Source: Candidatus Saccharimonadales bacterium
GTDB taxonomy: Bacteria; Patescibacteriota; Saccharimonadia; Saccharimonadales; UBA4665
Reading direction: 5' to 3'
DNA: 32,000 nucleotides
Assembly (NCBI GenBank): GCA_035478435.1
Contig: DATIJT010000022.1
Location: forward strand, 27,878 to 59,877
Shown: positions 1 through 8,806 of the stretch, piece by piece
Position numbering within the stretch: the stretch's first letter is position 1
How the letters are laid out: each line of letters starts with the position of its first letter
Notes under the pieces: model-generated
Database searches by the model: none
Told to the model about the DNA's origin: nothing
The model's input: only the letters and a program-made list of their open reading frames with translations
Translations under genes and position numbers: made by a program

Positions 1-911
1 CTTATTGGTCTATGGATGACCATATAGCCAGATACAAACTGAGAGGAATTAAAGGCCCTGTGGGCACTCAACAAGATATGCTAGATCTTTTTGATGGCGA
101 CAAAGAAAAGGTAGAGGCCCTAGAGGCAGCAATAGCGCAAGCGCTTGGCTTCACCGCCGTCTACAATGCCGTTGGTCAGATTTATCCTCGGTCGAGGGAC
201 AATGATTCCCTACACCAACTCGTCCATTCGATCGCACCGCTATCTAACTTCGCCAAGAATACAAGGTTAATGGCTATGCTTGAACAAATAAGAGAAACAA
301 CCAGATCAAGGGTAAATTCATCGGCCATGCCACATAAAATTAATCCTACCCTTTGCGAAAGAATTAACGGCTTCTACACAGTAGTAGGTGGTTATCAAAA
401 TATGATGAGAGAGATAGGTGGCGATCAATGGCTTGAAGGCACTGTGGCCGATTCGGTAGTCCGGCGCGTAGCTCTAGATAACGCCTTTTTTGCTACCGAT
501 GGCGCGCATGAAACATTTTTGAATATCATGGACGATTTTCAAATTTACCCCGGCGCAATTGATGCCGAGCTTAGGCGGAATCTACCATTTTTGAGCTCGA
601 CCAAACTGCTGATGGCCGCTGTTAAAGCCGGTATGGGCCGTGAAGATGCTCACGCGATTATTAAAGAGCACTCTTCCGCGGCGATTGAAGCGGTAAGACT
701 TCACGGAGCCCTTGATTACGACTTATACGGAAGATTGGCCCGCGACCCTGCTTTTCCTCTGGATGCCGCCCAAATTGAAGCGGCTCTTGATGAACCCATT
801 AATCTTGTAGGAAGCGCGCCTGAACAAGTCGCAAAATTTGTTCGTCAAGCCGAAGAAATTATAAGCACTGACCCTGAGGCTGCAGCTTATAAGCCTAAAA
901 GAGCACTATAG
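1..911 (+). CDS. purB: adenylosuccinate lyase, C-terminal ~300 aa (5' end outside window)
   Basis: Frame is open to the window edge, so the Met at 12 is internal. Fumarate-lyase family signature SSAMPHKINP is present. C-terminal region length fits PurB. Confidence 0.85.
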   Translation, partial: YWSMDDHIARYKLRGIKGPVGTQQDMLDLFDGDKEKVEALEAAIAQALGFTAVYNAVGQIYPRSRDNDSLHQLVHSIAPLSNFAKNTRLMAMLEQIRETTRSRVNSSAMPHKINPTLCERINGFYTVVGGYQNMMREIGGDQWLEGTVADSVVRRVALDNAFFATDGAHETFLNIMDDFQIYPGAIDAELRRNLPFLSSTKLLMAAVKAGMGREDAHAIIKEHSSAAIEAVRLHGALDYDLYGRLARDPAFPLDAAQIEAALDEPINLVGSAPEQVAKFVRQAEEIISTDPEAAAYKPKRAL

Positions 912-1628
912 ACCACTGAGTTCAGTTTGGGTCTCTTCGACTAATTTTTTAGCGAGTGCGCGGGCTTTGGCTTCCTGGGTTGGGTCGCGATCGCCGGTGG
1001 TGGCGAAACGGTCAATTTCTGCCACGGCCTTGTCTAAAGAGTTATTGATGAAACACTTGTAGTAATCGGTCGTTAATAATTGGCCTAATTCCAGAGTGGC
1101 CGTTTGCATACGGCGGTGGTAGTCGGCCGGATTTATGGTTCCGCCGTAGCGCTTCCTCAGGCGCTCTTGCCAAACTTCGTAGCTGGGCGGCAATATAAAA
1201 GCCGCTTTGACACTCGGCGCCAGCGCCTTGTAGGCCGCCACGCCCTGGACCTCGATATCGGTCAGGGCAATTTTGCCCTCGTCTTTGGCTTTTTGGATTT
1301 CAGCTACACTGGTTCCATAAAGGTTGCCGCTGTACATTTTGGCTTCCACGAAAGCGCCATCGTTTAGCATTTTTTCGGCTTCAGCTAGGTCAATGAAGTG
1401 GTATTCGCTTCCATCTTCCTCCATTACGCCGCGATTTAGGCGCGGCTGGCGGGTGGTATGCGACACGATGTGATGATATTTGCCAGTCTCGAGCAACTTT
1501 TGCTTAATGCTGTCCTTGCCGGCACCGCTGATGCCCACCAGGAATATAATCGGCGTCTGCTGGATTAAAGCAATAGTACTAGCCGAAGGTTGGTAGGAAA
1601 CTATTTTTTGGATCAGCTTTGGGTTCAT
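906..1628 (-). CDS. gmk: guanylate kinase
   Basis: P-loop GISGAGKDS, then SHTTRQPR...EYHF and NLYGTS blocks typical of guanylate kinase. Convergent 6-nt overlap with purB. Confidence 0.8.
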   Translation of the reverse strand: MNPKLIQKIVSYQPSASTIALIQQTPIIFLVGISGAGKDSIKQKLLETGKYHHIVSHTTRQPRLNRGVMEEDGSEYHFIDLAEAEKMLNDGAFVEAKMYSGNLYGTSVAEIQKAKDEGKIALTDIEVQGVAAYKALAPSVKAAFILPPSYEVWQERLRKRYGGTINPADYHRRMQTATLELGQLLTTDYYKCFINNSLDKAVAEIDRFATTGDRDPTQEAKARALAKKLVEETQTELSGL

Positions 1629-1661
1629 AACGATTTATTGTTTATATAATATCAAGTGTGT

Positions 1662-2276
1662 TTAAAATAGTCGGCTTTTTAAGCTGCATAACCTTAAAAA
1701 GATGGTGTGCAAATGAAAGCTCACGAAGAAAACGGCTGAGCCTAATAAAAGATATCCTAAGCCAGCCAAGGTTAGCAAATTGTTGCCGGCAAAATGTAAA
1801 CAAGCCAGTCCAAACGGCGCAATGACCCGGAAAAATACAACTGTGAATATTGCCCAGCCAATAATTATAAGTAGTCGAGCCATTAGCCGGATTTTATTCT
1901 CCCGGATAAGCCGCTGGCGGTCAGCGTTAACGTAATGAAGCCGGGCTTTTAATTTTTTTAAAGCGCCCGCGAGGTTTATAGGCATTATGATTATGGCGTA
2001 AAGCAAGCCGCCTACCAGCATCCAAAGCACGCTGTTGGTCGCCCGCCCCACATAGGAACTGTTTTGCAGTTTGTTGGTCACACTACTTACAGTTTCCTGG
2101 CTACTAGCGATCAAGTCGCGGGAAGCATCCCGCCCTAGCAAGGCGGTATAAATTTGCCCGTTTTGGGAGCCAATCGACCAGACCAAGCTCCCGACCAAAC
2201 TAGCAGTTAACATCAGACAAAGGCATAGGCTCAGAATTGATGGCCTTAGTAAGGTTAGTCCTGGCTTTTTATGCAT
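1662..2276 (-). CDS. hypothetical polytopic membrane protein
   Basis: 204-aa ORF with several long hydrophobic segments. No recognisable motif. Confidence 0.45.
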   Translation of the reverse strand: MHKKPGLTLLRPSILSLCLCLMLTASLVGSLVWSIGSQNGQIYTALLGRDASRDLIASSQETVSSVTNKLQNSSYVGRATNSVLWMLVGGLLYAIIIMPINLAGALKKLKARLHYVNADRQRLIRENKIRLMARLLIIIGWAIFTVVFFRVIAPFGLACLHFAGNNLLTLAGLGYLLLGSAVFFVSFHLHTIFLRLCSLKSRLF

Positions 2277-2289
2277 AAACCGTATCTAT

Positions 2290-2318
2290 TTGACATACTT
2301 TCTATCAAAGCATATCAT
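2290..2318 (+). promoter_or_regulatory. sigma70-like promoter TTGACA-17-TATCAT upstream of 2354 gene
   Basis: TTGACA at 2290-2295, 17-nt spacer, TATCAT at 2313-2318. A purine-rich AAGGAA lies before the ATG. Confidence 0.5.
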
Positions 2319-2353
2319 CTAACCATAAGCACAGTAAAAAGGAAAACAAACTT

Positions 2354-2806
2354 ATGAAAAAACTCAATACGCGGGGCTTCTCGCAACATATATTATTTGT
2401 GGCGATTATTGTCGTCTTCGGAATCGTCGGCGCCTATGTATTTGTAAGAAGCCACGCCGCTACCTGCGTAGATTATCAATACGGCTATAATTCGGCAACC
2501 GGGCACGGATCGGGCGGTATATGTGTTAACTATATTCAGATACTGGCTAATCATAAACTGCCCTACATACCTACCTATCCTTCGCCGACTCTAGAGGTAG
2601 ACGGCCACTACGGCCCTAAGACTAAAGACGGTATTTTGAGAATTCAAAAGAAGTGGGGCCTGACCCAGGATGGAATTGTTGGTCCGCACACCTGGAAAGC
2701 CCTTTGTTCCAGCGGCACGACGGGATGGGCCACCGGCGGGCCTTTCACTGCTACAGAGTTTAACGCCTGGAAAAATGCTGGCTGTTCGACCCTCTCCGCA
2801 ACCTAA
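2354..2806 (+). CDS. secreted or membrane-anchored peptidoglycan-binding domain protein
   Basis: N-terminal hydrophobic anchor. PG_binding_1-like segment DGHYGPKTKDGILRIQKKWGLTQDGIVGPHTWKAL. Confidence 0.7.
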   Translation: MKKLNTRGFSQHILFVAIIVVFGIVGAYVFVRSHAATCVDYQYGYNSATGHGSGGICVNYIQILANHKLPYIPTYPSPTLEVDGHYGPKTKDGILRIQKKWGLTQDGIVGPHTWKALCSSGTTGWATGGPFTATEFNAWKNAGCSTLSAT

Positions 2807-2830
2807 GGCCAATTTCGGGTACGTTTAGCC

Positions 2831-4036
2831 ATGGCGTACAGGATAGGTCTTGGCTCAAAACCGAGACCTATTAGCAGCTACGAAGACCTTGTCCTCCTCC
2901 TGAGTTGTGGCTTGGCCTTTTTGGTTCCTTTTTCGCAGGCTAAGAACATTGATCTTAAAGAGCTCGTTTTAATCTTAGCCGGCGGCCTCGCATGGCTAAG
3001 TGTTTACCTAAAGCGAAAGCAGGTTCTGGCCAAACTTAGCCCTTTCTCGGTAGTACTTTTGGCTAGTTTTATATTCGGCTGTTTAGCTAACGGCCTTTTC
3101 TATCATGCGGCCACCAATTTATTTGACTTGCCTTTTACGCGGCTGGGGTTAGTAGGGTTATTAGCTTGCGCAGGGTGCGGCTTGGCACTGATGCTCATAA
3201 GCGGCCGTAAGATCATGCGATGGTTTTACGCGTCTACCGTCTTAATGGCCGTTGCCGCGCTACCCTTTGATCTGGCCAGCGGACAAATTGGCGGGCGGCC
3301 GGGCGGCCTGTTTTATCAGGCAGATATTTTAGCGGTTTTCATGGGTATAGGACTACTGCTAGGCATTTATCTGTGGCGGATTTATCCCGCCCGTAAGGTC
3401 TGGTTGCTTATAGCGCAGGCTCTTATGTTGACTATTCTGCTTTTAACGCAAACGCGAGCTGTGATATTTATTTTGGTATTTCTGGCTCTAATGATAATTT
3501 ATAACTTAACACAGCGGCGGCTACTGGCTTTCACTGTTCTGGCGGCACTGGTGTTAATGATCTATGGGCTGCATGTATTAGTGCCTACGCGCTTAACCGA
3601 TCCTGGTTACGTCGTCGAGAGCGTGAGTTACAGGCTGTCATTACAAAAGTCAGCTTTAAGCGCCGTAAAGCAAATGCGGTTTTTCGGATACGGAGGGGGC
3701 AATATTATGCGGGCACTGCCTTGCTACAATCTCCAAGCCCCAAAACTACTCGTTTCTTGCAAACAAGGCTATTACTTCAATAGCAGTCATAATGTTTTTA
3801 TAGATCGTTTACTGACTTTGGGCTGGTGGGGTGGCCTGAGCTATGCGCTTTTTGTAAGTTTTAGCTTGTTCAAAGGTTGGCAGCAAGGTTCAAAGCGAAT
3901 CCTTTTTTATTGTGCTCTGTTAATAGGCGCTTATTACTTTACCAACATAACCAACATTGAACTCGAGCTATGGTTCTGGGTAATTTTACTTCAGATATCA
4001 AAATTTAAGAGCCTGACAGAATCAGAAAAGTGCTAA
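2831..4036 (+). CDS. O-antigen ligase / Wzy-like polytopic membrane protein (tentative)
   Basis: 401 aa with about 10 TM segments. Central LTQTRAVIFILVFLAL region resembles the Wzy_C/RfaL family. Assignment is from pattern memory only. Confidence 0.45.
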   Translation: MAYRIGLGSKPRPISSYEDLVLLLSCGLAFLVPFSQAKNIDLKELVLILAGGLAWLSVYLKRKQVLAKLSPFSVVLLASFIFGCLANGLFYHAATNLFDLPFTRLGLVGLLACAGCGLALMLISGRKIMRWFYASTVLMAVAALPFDLASGQIGGRPGGLFYQADILAVFMGIGLLLGIYLWRIYPARKVWLLIAQALMLTILLLTQTRAVIFILVFLALMIIYNLTQRRLLAFTVLAALVLMIYGLHVLVPTRLTDPGYVVESVSYRLSLQKSALSAVKQMRFFGYGGGNIMRALPCYNLQAPKLLVSCKQGYYFNSSHNVFIDRLLTLGWWGGLSYALFVSFSLFKGWQQGSKRILFYCALLIGAYYFTNITNIELELWFWVILLQISKFKSLTESEKC

Positions 4037-5811
4037 TCTCGCCGCAGCATGACTGTAAAGGCTTCCGCTGGGATGTCGACTTTGCCGAAGCGTTTTAGGC
4101 GCTTTTTGCCTTTGGCCTGTTTGGCCAGTACCTTCTTTTTGCGGGAAACATCGCCGCCGTACAGTCCGGTAGTCACGTCTTTGCGGTAGGCGCTGATGTC
4201 TTCGCGGGCGATGAACTTGCCGCCGATGGCCGCTTGTAGCGCCACTTGGAAGTTCTGGCGGGGAATTACTTCTTTCAGCTTGGCTACGATGTCGCGCCCC
4301 AGTTTTTCGGCTTCACTGCGGTGGACCATGACGGACAAAGCGTCTACCCGCTCGCCAGCCACGTAAAAATCTAGCTTTGCTAAATTCTCAGCCCGGTAAT
4401 CATCCAGTTCGTAGTTGAACGAGCCGTAGCCGCTGGTCAGGCTTTTAAGCTGGTCGTAAAAATCGGTCAGCAAATTGGCCAGTGGGGCTTCAAAACTGAT
4501 TAGCGCCCGGTCTTCCATGTAGCTTAGGTTTGTTTGAAGCCCGCGCTTGTTTGAAATTAGTTGGATGACTGGGCCAACGTAATTTTTCGGTACTATGATC
4601 TCGCCCTTAATCCATGGCTCGCGGATTTCTTGGATCTTAGCCGGGTCTGGCAAGTCAGTCGCGCTTTTAATGTCGAGCTCTTCACCATTCAGCAGCGTAA
4701 CTTGGTAATCGGTCGACGGGTTGGTAACGACCAGTTCCAGATTGTATTCACGCTCCAAACGTTCTCGCACGATGTCCATGTGCAGCAGCCCCAGGAAGCC
4801 GATCCGCACGCCAAAGCCCAGTACCGGCGAAGTCTCTGGCGTGAACTGCAAAGCCGAGTCGCTCAAGCTAAGTTTTTCGATAGCGTCTTTGAGCAGCTGG
4901 TAGTTTTCGTTGCTGTCGGGGAAAAAGCCGGCGTAAACGAATGGTTTTACGTCTTTATAACCTGGCAAGGCTTCGGTGGCCGGCTGGCCGGCCAGAGTGA
5001 CCGTATCGCCCACTTTGGCTTCACGGGTCGATTTAAGATTCGTAACAATGTAACCGATTTCACCACTGCTCAGGGTACGACCCTGTAGCATTTCAGGTTT
5101 AAGGCTGCCTACTTCTAAGGCGATACCGGAAACATTTGTAGCCATCATTTTAATGTTAGAGTTTTTGTTGATCTCGCCATTGAAGACGCGAACGTACAGG
5201 ATCACCCCGCGGTAATCGTCGTAGTAGCTGTCGAAAATCAGGGCTCGTGTAGCGTCGCCTGTTGAACTTTTAGGCGGAGGAACTTCTTTGATGATTCGTT
5301 CCAGGATATGTTCCACGCCTTGGCCGGTTTTAGCAGAGATTTTCAGAATATCTTCCCTTTTGCAGCCCAACAGACTTACGACTTCGGCGCTGACTTTTTC
5401 AACATTCGCGGCCGGCAGATCAATTTTGTTCAGTATCGGGATGATCGTAAGATTGGCGGCGATGGCCAAGTAAACATTGGCCAAAGTCTGGGCCTGGATG
5501 CCCTGGCTGGCGTCCACCACCAGAAGAGCCCCTTCACAAGCCTGCAAACTGCGTGAAACTTCGTAGCTGAAATCGACATGACCGGGAGTGTCGATGAGGT
5601 TTAGCTCGTAACCCCTGTAATCCATGCGTACTGGAGCTAGCTTGATAGTAATGCCCTTCTCTCGCTCTAAATCCATGCGGTCCAGGAGTTGCTCACGCAT
5701 GTCCCGCTTTTCGACCGTGCCGGTCAACTCCAGCAAACGGTCCGCCAAAGTCGACTTGCCGTGGTCAATGTGGGCGATGATGCAGAAATTACGAATGTGG
5801 TCCTGAGTCAT
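4033..5811 (-). CDS. lepA: translation elongation factor 4
   Basis: N-terminal IRNFCIIAHIDHGKSTLADR GTPase G1, DTPGHVDF G3, NKIDL G4. The ~600-aa length and C-terminal region are typical of LepA. Confidence 0.95.
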   Translation of the reverse strand: MTQDHIRNFCIIAHIDHGKSTLADRLLELTGTVEKRDMREQLLDRMDLEREKGITIKLAPVRMDYRGYELNLIDTPGHVDFSYEVSRSLQACEGALLVVDASQGIQAQTLANVYLAIAANLTIIPILNKIDLPAANVEKVSAEVVSLLGCKREDILKISAKTGQGVEHILERIIKEVPPPKSSTGDATRALIFDSYYDDYRGVILYVRVFNGEINKNSNIKMMATNVSGIALEVGSLKPEMLQGRTLSSGEIGYIVTNLKSTREAKVGDTVTLAGQPATEALPGYKDVKPFVYAGFFPDSNENYQLLKDAIEKLSLSDSALQFTPETSPVLGFGVRIGFLGLLHMDIVRERLEREYNLELVVTNPSTDYQVTLLNGEELDIKSATDLPDPAKIQEIREPWIKGEIIVPKNYVGPVIQLISNKRGLQTNLSYMEDRALISFEAPLANLLTDFYDQLKSLTSGYGSFNYELDDYRAENLAKLDFYVAGERVDALSVMVHRSEAEKLGRDIVAKLKEVIPRQNFQVALQAAIGGKFIAREDISAYRKDVTTGLYGGDVSRKKKVLAKQAKGKKRLKRFGKVDIPAEAFTVMLRRD

Positions 5812-5840
5812 ACCTAACAGATTATATCAGAGGTTGGTGT

Positions 5841-5869
5841 TTGACACGAAGCTTGACGTAGTTTAAAGT
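5841..5869 (+). promoter_or_regulatory. promoter TTGACA-17-TAAAGT placed 7 nt before the ATG (leaderless configuration)
   Basis: TTGACA 5841-5846, 17-nt spacer, TAAAGT 5864-5869, ATG at 5877. No Shine-Dalgarno can fit. Confidence 0.45.
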
Positions 5870-5876
5870 AATTTTT

Positions 5877-6239
5877 ATGAAACCTATTTATAAGACTTAT
5901 TGTGATCTTGGTGGTGATTTTGAGAGATTAGTTGGCGTAGAATTAGGTGGACGGGACGATGCAATAATCGTAGCTTGTCAATTGGGTAAATATGCCTTGG
6001 AACAAACAGAGGAGTTAGGCAAGTCGGGGAGCATATTATCAATGGATCTTGACGGGATCAGATTAATTCTTGGACTCCAGGGAGTATTGTTAGAAGAAAT
6101 AGCTAAGGGCAAGCGCGACAAAGCTTCTGAGCTAGACGTAAGTCCTAGAGAAGATGATGTGAGTTGGTGGCGACCTAATCTTCTAGCTTCAGCTATCGAA
6201 CCAATTGTCGGCCCAGTAGAACTTAGAGCTACAGCTTAA
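5877..6239 (+). CDS. hypothetical protein (orphan)
   Basis: 120-aa ORF directly behind a good promoter. No motif recognised. Confidence 0.45.
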   Translation: MKPIYKTYCDLGGDFERLVGVELGGRDDAIIVACQLGKYALEQTEELGKSGSILSMDLDGIRLILGLQGVLLEEIAKGKRDKASELDVSPREDDVSWWRPNLLASAIEPIVGPVELRATA

Positions 6240-7849
6240 ATATCAACCTTGACGGGTTTTAGGACTATTTTGCGCAAACGGCTTATAACGGGGCGAACTT
6301 CTTCCAGTTCAAACAGCGCTGAAATACTCAGGTGTACTCCAAAAATAACCGCGGCGATCAAAAAAAACTTGCCGCCAAGAGTAATGAAACCAACATCTTT
6401 GGCTCCTAAGGGGTAGAGCGAAATCATAACAAACCCGGCCACAACGCTAAAGCCGGTAACCGAAACGGTGCGTAGCACTCCGCCCCAGAACGAAGCGTCG
6501 AACAGGCCGTGGTCACGAAAAAGCATGATGACTGCCAAAATAACTACTTCGGTGCCAGCGACAATCGACTGGGCTAGAGCCAGCCCGGCTACGCCATAAG
6601 CGCTAGGCTGCGATAACTTCCAAGCCAAAAATATGTTGAAGCCAATGGTAAAAACCGACACCAGCAGCGGTGTCCGGGTATCTTTTTGGGCATAAAACCA
6701 ACGCGACATAATCGAATACATAATTCTGAAAAATATGGCTCCTGTTAGAAAACCGAATATTAAGGCAATGTCGGCATTATTGTTGGTGAAGATTAAACGC
6801 GCCAGATAAGCGCGGGCAAAGTAGCAAGTAGTGATTACTGGCAGGGTAATCCAGATCATCGCCCGTATAACCATTAGGAAATCTTTGCGAAAGAGATCGG
6901 AGCGGCCTTGGCTGAGCCGGGCATTAAGCCGTGGAAAGGCCGCCGTGGAAATGGCCGTGCCGATCAGCAGAATAGGAGCCGTATGTAAGATGTAGGCGTT
7001 GTTATAATTACTGATGGCTGTAGCTCCGCCCAGGGCCGGGCGCGAAGCGAAATTGGTTTCCACGACGCTTTGGATCTGGTCCATTCCCTGATCCATGGAA
7101 CGGGGCGGCAACTGCCGAAGCATGGAGCGAAAATCGCTGCTGCGCCACATAATTTTGGGGTGCCAATGGAAATTCAACCGGGCAGAACCAATTGCTACCA
7201 CTATCAGCTGCAAAATGGCGCCGATGATGGCGCCTACGCCCAAGCCCACAATGCCAATATTATGGCGAAAGGCGTAGATGCTAAGGATGATTGAAAGGTT
7301 ATAAAACAAGGGGGCTATGGCATAGAAAAAGAACCGGCCCATGGTCTGTTGCGCACTTGTCAGGATACCGGATATGGTAAACAGTAGCGGGTTGAGCGCC
7401 AATAGCCTCATAAGCGTCGTGGCATTAGTGAGCTGTTCAGGGTTCAAACCGGGCGCGACAACGTGGTGGATTAGTGGCCTGGCAAAAACCAGGATAATGA
7501 CGGCCACGCCAGCCATGATGATGGCCAAGAAATTGAGTAACGAAGCCGACAACTCCCACAAACCCTTACGGTCGCCATGGTGCAGCCGGTCGGACAGATA
7601 TGGCATGAAGGCTACACCGAGTGCCCCCGCCGCAATGGTATAAAAGAAGAAGTCGGGGATGCTGAAAGCCGCGAAATAAACACCGGCGTTCTGTCCAGCC
7701 AACGTATGCAAACTATTGAAGTTGGCATTGATGAGTTTGGTGCGCATAAACCCCAGTATTTGGCCAAAAAGTGAGGTAGTAACCAATAGCACCGCCACAT
7801 TGCCAAGGCTCAGACGGCGCTTTGAGTTTTCCGGGGCGGTGGGATTCAT
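6236..7849 (-). CDS. murJ: lipid II flippase MurJ/MviN family
   Basis: 537 aa with about 14 TM segments. N-terminal GQILGFMRTKLINANF resembles the MurJ SR(I/V)LGxxR start. MATE-like architecture. Confidence 0.8.
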   Translation of the reverse strand: MNPTAPENSKRRLSLGNVAVLLVTTSLFGQILGFMRTKLINANFNSLHTLAGQNAGVYFAAFSIPDFFFYTIAAGALGVAFMPYLSDRLHHGDRKGLWELSASLLNFLAIIMAGVAVIILVFARPLIHHVVAPGLNPEQLTNATTLMRLLALNPLLFTISGILTSAQQTMGRFFFYAIAPLFYNLSIILSIYAFRHNIGIVGLGVGAIIGAILQLIVVAIGSARLNFHWHPKIMWRSSDFRSMLRQLPPRSMDQGMDQIQSVVETNFASRPALGGATAISNYNNAYILHTAPILLIGTAISTAAFPRLNARLSQGRSDLFRKDFLMVIRAMIWITLPVITTCYFARAYLARLIFTNNNADIALIFGFLTGAIFFRIMYSIMSRWFYAQKDTRTPLLVSVFTIGFNIFLAWKLSQPSAYGVAGLALAQSIVAGTEVVILAVIMLFRDHGLFDASFWGGVLRTVSVTGFSVVAGFVMISLYPLGAKDVGFITLGGKFFLIAAVIFGVHLSISALFELEEVRPVISRLRKIVLKPVKVDI

Positions 7850-7998
7850 AGTATCTTCATTTGTTTACTTCCATCCAGTATAAATCAGCACGGCATCTCT
7901 TAATAGGTGTTTTTGGCTGTTTTTGCCTTTTAGGCCTCAACTATCAAAATATATCTAGGTGGATAATTTTGTGATAGGGTCGATGATCTATGAAATGG

Positions 7999-8097
7999 GA
8001 TGTCGTCCCAGCGAAAGCTGGGATCCAGTAAGACAATAAGGAATTTCCAATTTTGACTAGATTCCCGCCTTCGCGGGAATGACAGGATGTTGACATC
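7999..8097. repeat. composite double-hairpin element (E0)
   Basis: GATGTC (7999-8004) pairs with GACATC (8092-8097). This encloses TCCCAGC-GAAA-GCTGGGA (8006-8023) and ATTCCCGC-CTTC-GCGGGAAT (8061-8080). Confidence 0.7.
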
Positions 8098-8116
8098 TAC
8101 ATTTTATACTATATTA

Positions 8117-8144
8117 TTGACTTTTGTAAAATTAGGTGTAGAAT
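8117..8144 (+). promoter_or_regulatory. promoter TTGACT-16-TAGAAT, 9 nt before ATG
   Basis: TTGACT 8117-8122, TAGAAT 8139-8144, ATG 8154, no SD. Confidence 0.45.
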
Positions 8145-8153
8145 TTTAATATT

Positions 8154-8789
8154 ATGATTAGTAGTTTTGGGAAAGATATGGACTCTTTCCGGCGGTCTGC
8201 TTTGGAATCTATGACTGACAAGTTTATGGCTGCCGAGCCTGGCTCCCGAACTGAGTTTGAGCTTTCCTGTAGTGCTGTTACTAGTATTACTTCGGCATTG
8301 AGCTCCAGGGATCGCTACCTTTTCGCCCTTTATGGCCGTGAAGTAGCTGAAGACCCAGCTAAAGTCGTGCCTGAATACGACGACTTGGAAGCAACAGTTA
8401 GAAAGTGCTTAGGCCAGCCCGGCCTGATACACGAGGCCAGCGGGTTGGTCCGTCTTGGTAGGTTAGCCGGGGAAATCGAATATGATTCCAGGATTGGCCG
8501 GGCAACTGGTGACCCCACTGGTTCGCTGACCGTACCTTTATCCAGTAGTTTTATGACTAAGGTAATTCACGGGCAATTAGTCCCCAGTATGACTTCCGCA
8601 AACATCGACCATAGCACCAGTCGAAAAACCATTGAAGAGGGCAGCACCAGAGTCGCAACCGGCGGCGGCCGCTACGAGCACGAAAGAGACAGACATGATT
8701 TACACGCCGGGCAAACTGCAGTCAGAAAATGGCTGGATGAAAATACCGTAGGCATAGGCAACATCCTGCGCTTGATGCTTGATAATTAA
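8154..8789 (+). CDS. hypothetical protein (orphan)
   Basis: 211-aa ORF with an adjacent promoter. No motif recognised. Confidence 0.5.
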   Translation: MISSFGKDMDSFRRSALESMTDKFMAAEPGSRTEFELSCSAVTSITSALSSRDRYLFALYGREVAEDPAKVVPEYDDLEATVRKCLGQPGLIHEASGLVRLGRLAGEIEYDSRIGRATGDPTGSLTVPLSSSFMTKVIHGQLVPSMTSANIDHSTSRKTIEEGSTRVATGGGRYEHERDRHDLHAGQTAVRKWLDENTVGIGNILRLMLDN

Positions 8790-8806
8790 TAGGTTGGCAG
8801 GCTACT

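Noticed and set aside
4561-5806. Five plus-strand ORFs (60-175 aa) inside lepA.
   Set aside because: They are antisense shadow ORFs within a very well supported GTPase gene. They have no start signals and a low-complexity, Arg/Ser-rich composition.
7070-7806. ORFs on both strands within murJ, plus similar internal or antisense ORFs at 1104-1367, 2591-2812, 8330-8518, 10720-10950, 11287-11721, 11830-12039, 12604-12840, 13619-13804, 15771-15986, 16686-16880, 16918-17109, 18727-19451, 23155-23358, 24829-25845, 26518-26715, 28024-28832, 29284-29490, 30512-30748 and 31306-31527.
   Set aside because: Each is fully nested in, or antisense to, a longer ORF with better motif or topology support.
7958-7966. 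DnaA-box-like GGTGGATAA (rc TTATCCACC) in the AT-rich murJ upstream spacer, raising the possibility of oriC.
   Set aside because: It is a single near-consensus box with no cluster, no adjacent dnaA or dnaN, and no obvious DNA-unwinding element repeats.
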